The position numbers were made by a program, and so were the translations under genes. A DNA stretch of 64,000 bases from Camelus ferus. Lineage: Eukaryota. Positions 49,701 through 61,700 of the stretch are shown in pieces. Each line of letters opens with the position of its first letter. The first letter of the stretch is position 1. Location of the stretch: assembly GCF_009834535.1 (NCBI RefSeq), contig NC_045697.1, positions 6,140,001 to 6,204,000 on the forward strand, in the 5' to 3' direction. The notes beneath the pieces were generated by a model, which saw nothing but the letters and a program-made list of their open reading frames with translations, did no database searches and was not told where the DNA came from.

Positions 49701-52700
49701 ATTTCTCCCTAAGACACAGTTTTCAGAGGCACCAGGGCCAAATCACGGGGCTTTAAATGAAGAGGCATTTTGCTGGCAAGCAGGGCCGGCAGGGGTTGGG
49801 GGGGGAATCACAGGGCTCAAGTAAATCATAAGATATAAATAAATTAGAGCAAGTTTTACAGAAGTTGTCAGAGTAGGTTTAAACACAAAAATCATTAAGT
49901 GCCCACTAGGTGCCAGCTCCTGGCCGAGCCCTTCACACACAACCCAGGGCGGCCGGCGTCAGGCTCAGCCAGCACACCTGTCGTCCTGGTGTGTCTGGGC
50001 GTTCAGTGACCCGCCATGGTGCCCTGCAGTGCCCACCCATGCAAGGGCTGCCCCAAGGATCTTACGTGCATTGCCGCACTGGGTCCTCCCCAACCGACCT
50101 GGTAGCTACTAGCAGGCCCAGTTTACAGAAGAGAAAATGAAGGCCCAGGGAGGTGAGTTCTTTGAGGAAGGCTACACAGCTGGTAAGGGGCAGGCAGCGA
50201 AGGCAGTGTAGACAAATGGCTACCAGTGTGTATGATCCCGGCCGTCCCTCACTGGCCACTTAGTTCCTCCAGCAACGTGCTCATTTCTGTCGCCGACAAA
50301 GCCCACGTCAGCTCATCCACCTGGCCCTTCCTGGGGCCTGAGCCCAGGCTGGAGGCTGAGTGTGAGCGAATGAACGAGTAACGAACGAATGAATGCGGGT
50401 CATGGGTTCAGCCACTCTAATGTCTGTGTCTCCCTCTCTCATCTGTAAACAGTAAAAGAGCAACCTCCAAGGATTAGGAGAATAAAGTATCCTGCAACGT
50501 GGAGACCTCAATGTCTCTCTCTTACCCGGCCTCCCACGGGGCCACACAAAAGCCCGGCTGGAGGCAGCACAGGCCCAGACCACAAACAGAGCAGGACGCT
50601 TGCCTGAGGCCAGCATTTTGCTCAACACAGGGAAAGGAGCAGCAAATAAAGGTGACGCAAGACAAAGCCACAGGTCAGAAGTGCGCGCACATGCACACAC
50701 ACACACACACACACACGCACGCACACACACACACACAGTGGGCTCAACTACATCATGATACAGCCACCCAGAGGCCTCCGGCCAACCTCATGTGAGCATT
50801 TCTGGTGACCTCCCAGTCGGAACCAGCTGGAATACTGCCAACTGCAAAGTTCTGGAAAGGGACTTTTTGGTGGCTTATACTTTCCTTGTCCCCAAGTGAA
50901 GCTAACCACACTGGTTCCACCCGTCGGCCCTGCCCCCACCCTCCTTGACTCACTTCCCTCTTCCTCCCTCCTCTTTCCCTTCCCCTCCCAGGCCAGGCGC
51001 CCAGCTTGGTCCCAGGACTAGGGGCGGGGGCCACACCACATGCACCCAGGAGCCACGCACGCAGACAGGTACCTCCAGAGGCGATGTAGAATCCGCTGGG
51101 CGCGTACTTGGCCACCACCACCTGATGGGCGTGCTCGGTGTAGATGTCAGCGATGGCCGGGTTCTGCAGGGAGGAGACCCCGAATGAACACAAGGGACAC
51201 AGAAGCAGTCACACTGCTGTCCGTTCTCCTGGATTCACGGATTTGGGTGGGAAAATCACACACACACACCACATACACCCTGAAATCAAAACCTCCATAA
51301 AGAAAACCCCAGAAGAACACTTACCTGCTGCACACCTACCCTTCTCTGCGTGATAGAATTCTAGGTAACTTTAATGCTTTCTCTTTAGTCTATGATTATA
51401 AAATCCAAACTGATTTTCTTTCCTTTGTTTTTCTGTACTTGCCAGAGTACAAATAGGTATTCGTGAAACATACAAAGGAAATAAAAGTTTCATTGGAAAA
51501 AAAATTTTGACTCTGATTTTCTCCTACTTGTGAGAAGCTGCCCGTTGCTGCCACATTCTCAGCGTCAGCTGTTCTCCAGCCCCCACCAAAGCGGGTCTCC
51601 CTGTTCAGCCCCGGGCTGCCAGGCAGCGTATGACCCGAACCAGAGCCTCTGGCTCGGAGGTGCAGGAACAGGGCTGAGCAGGCAGCCGGGAGCTGCTCCT
51701 TGTCAAAATCGCGTTTGGGAAACTATCTTTCAGAGCACAAATCCAAGGCTGGCTGGGCTCTGCAGCAAAAGTGGGGCCAACGTCTGGGACCAGGAGCATC
51801 CTTAACACTCAGCAGTGAGGTTTTAACGTGTAATTTACTCAAATTACAAGTCAGGGTGCTCCCCCGACCCCCTACACACACAACCAAGTGCAAACCACTT
51901 GCTGAGAGCCTCTCCACGTCTCCACAGCCAAGCCTTCTGTTGGGAGGGAAGAAAGACCCAGCCATCTAATCCCTGATATCTGCTGGCAGCTCTCTATCCA
52001 GCAAGTGCTCTCGCCGGAGGCAGCGGACACAGTAGGTCCCTGCCCGCACTCTACCAGCCACCCTCAGGATCCCCTGCCCCTCTCCTTGAACCCCTGTACT
52101 CTTCGCAGCCTCCCAGCCTCAGGATCCCCTATCCCACCAGACTGAGCCCAGAGAGGCACGCCACCCTCCTGCCGCTCCTGCAGGCCCGTGTGTCCATAAT
52201 ACTGTGCCCTCGCACACCTCCCCCCACCTGCTCACGCTGGCCAATCTGGCCTGGAGCCCTCTGCCTGAAGCCTCCTGTGCCGGCCACTTCTCTCCCCTAT
52301 GCTTCCAAAACATTCACCACGTCCCTACTGACCCTTGTGTCCCTCTCCTCCAGCTTTTCTTTGACCTGCTCCATGTGCCTTTATCTCTTTATCTATCACA
52401 GCACTTGGCAAAAAACAGGTGCTCAATAAATGCTATCTTGGAGAAAAAAGGTTTAGAGTCCTTTTACCCCTAGGACTTAACACTCAGCATCACGTGATAT
52501 AGGAGGCACTTAATATATGGGGTTTGTCAATTAATCTGTCTCAGAATAAACATTTGCTAATGAAATTAGAAACACAAGCACCCAATATGTTCTGAATGAC
52601 AAAGAAGCACATGAAAAGGCACTCAATGTCATCAGCCCTCTGGAAAACGCAAATCAGAACTCAATGGGAAACCTACATATACCCACTAAAGTCAATAAAA

Positions 52701-55700
52701 TTAAGACACTGCCGTCACCAAACGTTGGTGAGGACGGGGCGGGGGTGGGGTGAGGTCTAGAGTTCTCATACGTTGCTGGTGGGAATGCAAAATGATCCAG
52801 CTGGAAAGGTTTGGCTGGTTATTTATAAAGTCAACACTATGTCTAGACAAGAGCCCAGCAACCCCACTGCTCGGTGTTTGTCCAAGAGAAATAAACACAC
52901 TTGTCCATAAAAAGACACGTGCAGGAAGGGTCACAACAGCCCCAACGTATTCAAATTCAAACAGTCCTTCGTACTCGAATGTTCTCACATACACAACTTC
53001 CCTCACAAAGAAGCTGCCAAAAGTGGTCTGTGATCAGGCCACCACCACCAAGGTCCTTGCTCAGCCCGACCAAGGGCTCCACCCTGGGTGCAGAGCTGGG
53101 CACTGCCTTTAAAGGGTGGGCTCCCCAGGACCCTGGGTGGGGGTTTAGGGCGGGGGGATGACCGAAGATGAGTCAGCCGCAGCCCTGGGAGAAGGTTCTG
53201 CCCTTAAAAATCCTTCCCCTAAATGGTCAGGGTGGGTGAAACCCCAGGGTGGTCCCCAGCTGGCTTGGCACTGGAATCCTGGTCTGGAGGAGACAGTGCT
53301 CTGTCCGGATCCCCAGTACAACTGGGGGCAAGTTTTCCAGGCTGAACACAATGAAAACAACACACTCGAGTCAGCAGCAACCTCCCCCCGCCGCTCTGCA
53401 CACAAGGACGCTGCTACTTGAGCCAGAAATGCCGCCTCCCTGTCCCCAATGTGTCCCGCTGCAAGCCAAGCTCATCCCAGACCAGCCGGGTCCAGACGGC
53501 ACTGGACTCAGACCCTCACAAGGGGCGATCACTCTCCCATCCGGAGACTCACCCCTACCTCCTTTCTCGAGGGAGGAGAACAGGATTGGCAGGGAGCAGT
53601 TTACTGGGGGAAATGCTTGGGAACAGCATAATGAGACAGAGAGGGAAGGAAGCCAGCTCAGGGAGTAGCAGGGAGCAGAGGGGGCACCTTCAGAACTGCG
53701 CTGGGGTGTCTTTCTGAGGGTTGGAGGCAGGGGCACCCCCCCCTGGGATTTCCTTCCTACACTGCTGCTATCAAGGGACAAGAGACTTCAGGCAGAAACC
53801 AGGAGGAAGCCCTGGCATCTGAGGCCTGTGGGTGCCTAGTGGACGTGGGCAGAGGCTGACAGAGCCGGATAAAATCTCCTGTAGTCTTGACCAAGACCCC
53901 AGGCCAGTCCCAGCCCTGCCCATCAGCCTGTGTCCCAGGCCCATTCCTACCTCATCTTCCCACCCTGGGCAGATTCCATCCAGGTCCTCCTGTCCCTCCT
54001 GGGACTGTAACACTATTGTTTTAACTGATCTCTCTGCTGTCCACCAATCTACCAGTCTCTCTGTCCCAACTCTGATCAGGTCCTTCGGGGGCTGGTTCAG
54101 GGCCCTGGAGTGCAGGTACCTGGGCCCAAACGTTCCCACCTCCCCACCTGTGCATGGGCGGGGGCCTCCACAGACTAGCAAACTCAGCCATCTGCCCCAT
54201 GCTTTCTGGGTCTCTGCCCTGCCCCTGAGGAGATTCGCGACCACGCAGAAGGGAGAGTCACTTGAGCCCCACAAGGCTCTTTCACATTCCTTTGTCCCCT
54301 CAGGCTCAGGCACAGAGGTGGGGTCAGAGGTCACGACAGCGCTCTCCAGGGATGGTTAAGGGATGGCCCAGGTCACAGGGTATGGCAGCTTGCCACAGCA
54401 GGCCCGGCCCACTGTGAACTCAACGGACACGTCAGGGGTCGGGCAGGGGGCTGACCGGTGAAGCTGTGGGACCCAGCATGGACGGAGGCGTCCATGCTCT
54501 CCTGGAGCTGCGGAAGGTCCCCTGCCGCCTCCAGGGAAGGCCCTGGGTTTCCTCCAGCCTCCACCTTCTGGGAGGATTAGGTTTCTAGGGCACCGGCTTT
54601 CCAGATACACCCAGTTCCTGAAAGCAGGCACTGGTAGCTGGACCTGAGGCATGAACACAGTTTGCAGGGCCCTCTGTCCACTGGCGACCTGGGCCCAACT
54701 CGAGTGAGTGAGAGTCACCGGCTGCCAAGCCACCCCAGTGTCTGCGCTTCCAGAGCAGGTCTGAGCCCGGAGGCTCCCCCGACCACGGTGCCTCAGGGGA
54801 CGCCGAGGACCTCAGTCCCTCCACTCCTGCACCTACTCCTGGCTGGCCCGCGGATCCAGCAGTGAACCAACGACTCCATGCAATGGCGACAGACCACCAA
54901 CGCAGGAACGGTGGGGACCGCCCTGCTCAGCCTTCAAGGCTCCTTTCCACCCAGAGGAATGTGGCCCTAACCTACAGTCCATTTCTCATCATGCCCTCGT
55001 CCCTCCTCCATCAAAGTACAATGTTGTGACATTCCTCCCTTTATCTGCCTCAGTCTGGAACACTTTCCCTACCTCTGGGTCACAGATAACCTTCTAATTA
55101 TCTTTCAACACTCAGGCAAAGTCTGCCTCCTCCAAAAAGCCTTCCCTGATGCTCCCAGATGGAAATGAACTCTCCCAGCCCACTGCCCTTATTACTTTCG
55201 ATCCTGTGCTGCAAGTCATTCTTACACCCACAAAGCCTCTCAGTAAGCAGGCCCTGTGGAGGGCAGGGCCCAGGCTGATTCGCCTCTGCAGCCTACAAAT
55301 ATCCCAAAAGACCGGCGCATGTCAGACCCTGAGGGCCACAACACTCAGACAGCCTAGTGGACCCTTTAGTTGATTCTCTTTGAAACCTCAAAACGCCCCC
55401 TGAAAGAAGGTAACCTCAGGACCCCATTTTACAGGCAAAGAAGTTGGGCAGAGACACAGGCTGATGTGCTGAAGGTCCCCAGACTGGTAAGTGGTGGGGC
55501 TGGGACCTGAACTCAGCTGAGAACCTTCACTCCTCTTGCTTTTACTCACCCACAGTGGGTACCACTGGCAGCCTTACCTCAGGGAATAGAGGGCGGCACC
55601 AGCCACAGCTACCACCTGGGAACCGTGTGGAAAGGGCCGAGTGGTTCAGCGGCGCCAGGCGGCCGCGCCCAGAACGGCTTCCCTTCTGCCCCCAGCTCAG

Positions 55701-58700
55701 CACTCCCCATCGCCCCCTACCAACGAAGCAAACCCAGCCCTAAAATAGGGGACCGCGAGGGTTCCCCATGGGACACCCACTGGACACAGGACGCTGCCAC
55801 CTCCCTCCCTGTCTCCCCTTTCTCTGCCTGCCCAGGGCTGACCAAGGCCTTCTGAGCAGGCATGAGGGGAGACTTTGGGGGCGACTGCCTAGGTTCGGAT
55901 AACAGCACCCCCTGGGACTTCAGTGTCCTTATGCCTAAACAGAGATAGTAGCCACTCAACAGGGCAGTCGTGAGGACCAAGGCAGAACGTGCACCGTCAG
56001 GTACCAGGCGACCCTCCATGGACACCTGTGAACTAACCCGGGTAATAGTATCATTCTCCCCACCCCCACAGCTGTGGACACTGAACTGGCCAAGTGCTCG
56101 GCCACTGCCCGACACAAAATGTGCTCCACAAAAACCAGGTATGATGCTAGGGGCTGCGTGCTGGGCAGGAACCGGCCGGTGTTCCGGGAGCAGGCCTGGG
56201 ACACCTATGCTGAGAGGTGCACATCGAGTCTGTGGTAGAGGGGCCGCACTTTTCTAGGAAGACCCTGCACAGCAGAGATGAGACCTGTGTTGGAAGCTAC
56301 AAGCAAGCCGACCGAAGCTGGGGTGCAGGTCCATGCGGGGCATCAGCACCTTGGCCAGGGAGATGTTACCACTGAGACTTCGGAGAAGAGGAGGAAAGGG
56401 CCCTTTCAACTTCAGGGTCTCCTCGCCAACTGTGGTGAGGCCCATTAGGGGATGGGGTGGGGATCTGGGTGAGCAGGGTCAACTGCTACAGCGCAACCAG
56501 GAACAGGACCACCTCTTCACTGGCCTCATGAGGCTGCAATCTTTTCTTTCACTTCAAAGGTGGCTTTTATATCCCTCCCCCAGGAGGGTAAGAAATGTAC
56601 CAAGATGACCCCGAGCATCCATAACAGTGCTTAGAGAACACAAGTTAAACTTCTTCCAACCTCCATGCACGTGTTCCCTGTCTAGACTCTCCCCATCTCT
56701 GCTGTCTCAATTGCCTTCCTGGAGAACTCTTACTCACCCTCCAAAACCCAATTCAAAAGTGCCCTTTCTCCAGAAGCCTTCCCTGCAGCTCTGTGGCACA
56801 GCTGATCCTTCCACCTTGTTCCTAAATCACCCAGGACACTCCTAAGTGCTTAACTGAGTGCATTAGAACATTACCTACCAGCGTTCTGCAGTTGGTACTA
56901 CCGACACTTTGGGCTGGATAACGCTTTGCTGGAGGACAGCCCTGAACACTGTAGGATGTTTGGCAACATCCCTGGCCTCTACCCACTAGATACCAGTAGC
57001 ACAAAAACATCTGCAGACATTGCCAACTATCTCAGTGGGGTGGGGGAGGGGAGGGACTGCCTCACTAGATCTCATCTTGGGGGCCGTGCCCGTGGGCAGG
57101 GCCCGGCAGGATGGGGAATGTGTGTGTGAAACATTGAGAACCAAGGGTGCCAGGTGACGACGTGGGCATCCTTGAGCAGCTTCCTAACTGGTCTCCCTGC
57201 CTCACACCTTCCACACCCCCTCTCTACTGACCTGACCTCACTGTGCATCTGCTCAACATTTTTCTGGTGCTGGTGGCCTCGGGGCAGGGCTGGGCTGTTC
57301 CAGGGCTGCCTGACCCCCAGCACCAGGGCCCCCCACCCTCTCCTGCCTGCTCATCACTCCCCCAACCCCAGTACTCAGGCCACGAAACTCCACAACCTGT
57401 GTGGGACCCTCTCGCTGCCCCTGCTCTACCTGACTGGTCCCTTCCAAGGCCCCAGCTCCTCAGACCCCCCCCCCCCACCGCGTGAGGATGCCTCACGGCC
57501 CGTCTCCTCCTCTCAGCATCAGTCCCATTTGCTGAGTGTCGGTTGCCCTGCAAGACTGTCTTGGTGAGGACAGGCTTTTGTCAAGATGTCTCTGGAACCT
57601 GGCGTAGGCTTCGCTACAAAGCAGATGCTTGATAAATACTTATAACAAGATTAACTCGGGCTCAAACACAGGAGGGGGAGAAGGGAGGTGGGAGAGAAAT
57701 GACAAGTGCCTGCCTGGAGCCCGCGGACACTCAGGGAGCACCACCATGACAGCTAAAGCACCAGAGGGTCACTGGCCCCAGAACCAGTGAGGCCCGTGCC
57801 CACCACTCAGGCCCCACACAGCTTGCGGGGTCTTCTTGGAGCCTCAGCTTCCTCACTTGTTAAAGGTCAGACCACAGGCCCTCAGCTGTCTCCTGGCCCT
57901 TGACCCCACATGTGTGCTGCCTGGGCCTTAATCAAACATGCCACTTCCTTCTGTCACCCTGGGGCCCGTTTCACTCCCGCCCAGGGCGGCAGGCTCTGCG
58001 CAGGTGGGGCCGGTGCGTCTGCCCTGGGCCTGTGGCAGGGACTTGGAGGCATGTGCAATGGGACAGAAGGGAAGAGGTCAGTCCTTCTCCAGCCATCTGT
58101 CCCTTCACGTACACACCCCTGCCCCCACCTGTAGGGGAGGCACAGGTTGTCCTTCTGCCCATGACAGGCAGATCATTCCACATGAAACTCAGTGCTCAAG
58201 CTCAACATCCCCCAACATGGTCGATACCTTGTTCAAGGAGACGAGCCCACTGTGCTGAGCTTGGAAGCAGCAACGTCTAACTGCTGCAAACACTGGGCTC
58301 TGAATTTAACTTCAGATGTAGCATTTTTTTTTTCAAATATACATATATTTTAGTTCTGGAATCTAGAGACTGAGTATTTTAAAAAGCAACTCCAAACTTG
58401 CCCTTGCAGCAAATCTGCTGGCTGCTTCTGGCAGCTTGGAGGGGCCTCTGGTAGGAGAATTATTTACCAAAGCTATTCTCCGGGGAAGTGGTCCTGGGCA
58501 GTTTAGAACGAGAGGCTCCTCCACAGCGACTGGGAGGAACCTTCCCAGACTTGGGGGTGGGTGGCGCCAGGGGCGATGCGGGCCTCAAGGGAAGACTGTA
58601 TCAGGTTCCTTCCTTCTGGAACTCCTTTCTGGTCAGCCACATCACTGCATGCTTTTAACTCTGGAGAGAATTTCCTCTCCAAGGTGGGGCAATCTTTCTT

Positions 58701-61700
58701 CTTTTTTCTATAAGCTTAAGAACTGCTGTACTGCTGGGTTCGCAAAACAACTTTTAAGGCAACAAAACAAATGACAGCGGTGGCTCCAAATGGGAAGTCA
58801 GTAAGGGTCTGATACCTGCTTGGTGTGAAAAAAGGTGACTGCCACAAAACTTAAGTCCAGCAGCCTGACCTGGGCCCAGCCTTTTTTACTTCCACGCAGT
58901 AAAAGCTTCAGTGGCTGCTCACTGTCTCCACCGCATAGCCCAGCTTTCAAGGCCTTTCAATCAACAAATGACTTACTGAGCAACTACTTGGTGCCAGGCA
59001 CCGCGCTAGGTCAGGATGTAGCAGGTCAGGTAGCAGGTGGCTGCTCTGCTCGCTGGCCAGCTCCCCGTGTGCCGTGGGCACCGAGGGGCAGGGAAAGCCA
59101 GGATGGGGTGCTGTTTAGTAGGGGCCACAGCCACACGGAGACGTCTAAACAGAAACCTAAAGGAAAAGGGGAGTGAGCCATGCAGCTACTTGAGGAAAGA
59201 ATAGAGCAAAGGCCGCAGCAAAGCCCTTGTCCCGAGACCGACATGCGGCGTGTTCCAGGGAGAGCTCGGACACCAGGGAACCCGGAGCCGGTGGGGGGGG
59301 GGGGCGTTGAGGTCAGATCGGAGGTGCGCGGCTGGACGGCGAGGCCCTCTCAGCCTTGGTCAGGGAGAGCAGAGGAGCGCCCCAATCTCGTATTTTCTGT
59401 AACAGCAGACTGGAGGAGAGCCAGGGTGGAAGCAGGGACACTTGTTTGGCTTTTCGCTTTTGCAAACCAGGTGAGGACAGTGGCTTGGATGAGGGTGAAA
59501 GCGGAAGCAGTAGTGAAGTCCTGCGAGATTCTGAAGCCCTTTGCAGACTCACCAGGATTCACCGAAGAACTAAGTGAGGCACGGGAAGAGCAGGGGGACC
59601 AGTGAGAAGTCCAAGGTTGGGGCCCGAACAGCTCAAGGCATGGTGTTGCCATTAGGGGGAAGGACATGGGGGGAAACCCAGATGTGGCCTGGGCATGCTG
59701 AGAACGAGCTGCCAATCAGATATCTGTTGGACACGCCTCCACCTGGTCCCAACCTCCCTTTCCTGTCTCTCCCCACTCCCTGAACCTGTATTCCAACCAG
59801 ACTGTATTCCTTCCTATTTCCGGAATGTTCATGAGGACTCACGTCTTTTTCCCAGGGGCACTGTGCCCTAATAAACATTGCACCCACCTTTACTCAAGCA
59901 CCAAGGGTTCACCCACAACTGACAAAAGCCTAAATGCCTGACGTGTGCCTAGAGCGGGGAGGGAGGAACAATTAGTAGCACCTTGATGCTGCCCTGGCCC
60001 GGCAGGAACTTACAAACAGATGGGAGAGAAAGCAGATGTGCCCTGGAAAGAGAAGGGTAAACTCTGGGGTACTGATAATGAAAAGCTCAGAAGGACCAGA
60101 GAGGGTTCCCCAAGTCAGGGAGTGCCTCCGGCAAAGAGGGTGCTTGTCAGTGGCTGCAGGCAGCTTCTCCTTTGGAAACAGCTCCAGTTACTGGCTGTCT
60201 TTGTCTCGCTGGGCCTGACCCCTCTTCCATGCAACACGCCCACTGCAGGGGTCAAAGGGGATGCTGCAGGTAAGGGCCTTTCGTGATACTAGACACACAG
60301 CAGGTCTTCATGTGAGGCCTCTGGTCTGGAAGCAAGCGCAGCCGGCCACGACGTGTGTGCGCCTTGTGAGGGGCAATCCCACGTGCTCCCTCCACTGCCC
60401 CGTGTCCCCGAGGCCGCACGTGCCCACTGTATTTGACAGACTACTAGTGAGTCTCTGCCTGGGGCCCTCACAACTTTTATTTCCTCAGTATCTCAGCACC
60501 TCCCTGGAGACCTCCAGATCTTTACTATCTATGTCCCTGGCAATGTTCCCCCTGTTCTGCGGGAGGCAGGACCAGCTTTCTAGGAATCCGTGTCTAGCAG
60601 AGGAGCTGTTAGCACCTTCAAAGCAGTCACACTCACCCACCCCCTCAAGTGAGGTGCCGGGCAATCCTGGGAAGGGCAGAAACTGCCACGTGGAGCTCCG
60701 TCTTCCTGCAGAGGGACGACAGTGGCTGGCTGGCTTCACCAGAGATGGGGGCAGAGCCAGCACACGCAGACCACAGAGCCTTCTCCTCTCACAGGCAAGG
60801 AAACTAAGGGGCCCTTCACTCCCTCAGCCAGCTCTGAGGTTCCTGAGAGCAAAAACGTCTCAGAAGCAACAATCCCAGTCCCCCAAAGGTAATAACGCAC
60901 AACACACGTGGATTTAAGTTGACATCCCCGGGGAGCGTCGCCAGTCAAAATTATCCACCTACATACTTTGCACAAGGCTCAGTCTCAAGCTCAGAACCGC
61001 CCCCCACCCCTCCACACACCCTGAGTTGGGCATGTTGGTACCTCCGGCTTCCATTCCCCACTCCACCACTCAGGCTGGGGAAGGCAGAAGAAAGATTTCA
61101 GTGTGCAATCCCCGCAGCAGGGAGATTGACAGGCAGACTGGGTCATTTCAATAATTACAGGGAAGTGACAAAATTTTTGAGGATTTCCCAAGGAATGGGC
61201 TGTAGAAGCCTTCTCAGCCTGGGTACAGGATGCCTGAGCAAATATTCATGGGTATAAACGGGTTCCTGATTTTGCCCTGGGGCTCAGATCTGCAGGGGGA
61301 TGATCAGGCTGGAGTGCAGAGGCCTGGGTGTGAGTCCGGGCTCTGCCACACCGGAGACCTTGGATGTTAAATGATTAAACGTAAGTGCCATTTACCAAAT
61401 AAGCGCTGGCTGTGTGCCAGGCATGCTGGGCTGCAGGGACGCATCTCACTCCGTGGGCCTTGGCAGCCAGGGTACGTGGGGGCAGTCACATGTCATTGCC
61501 TCCATTTTACAGATGAGGAAACTGGGGCTCAGAGACGCCCAAGTCACCAACCACCCCAAGGTCAAGCAGCCGCTGACCGGATCTGTCTGATCTCTCAAAC
61601 TCAGAGCCCTATTCTCACCAACTGAACTAATGTGAGCCTCAGTTTCCCCACGGAAAGAGAATTGGGCCTGGATACATTTGAAACTCTCTTCCTGGGCTTC

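Noticed and set aside
52030..52135. Short direct repeat CCTCAGGATCCCCT, twice
   Set aside because: It is a small degenerate local duplication without regular repeat-spacer structure.
53106..53115. Exact CArG consensus CCTTTAAAGG in intron 2
   Set aside because: It is a single 10-mer of a kind expected by chance in 64 kb, with no supporting context that I can see.
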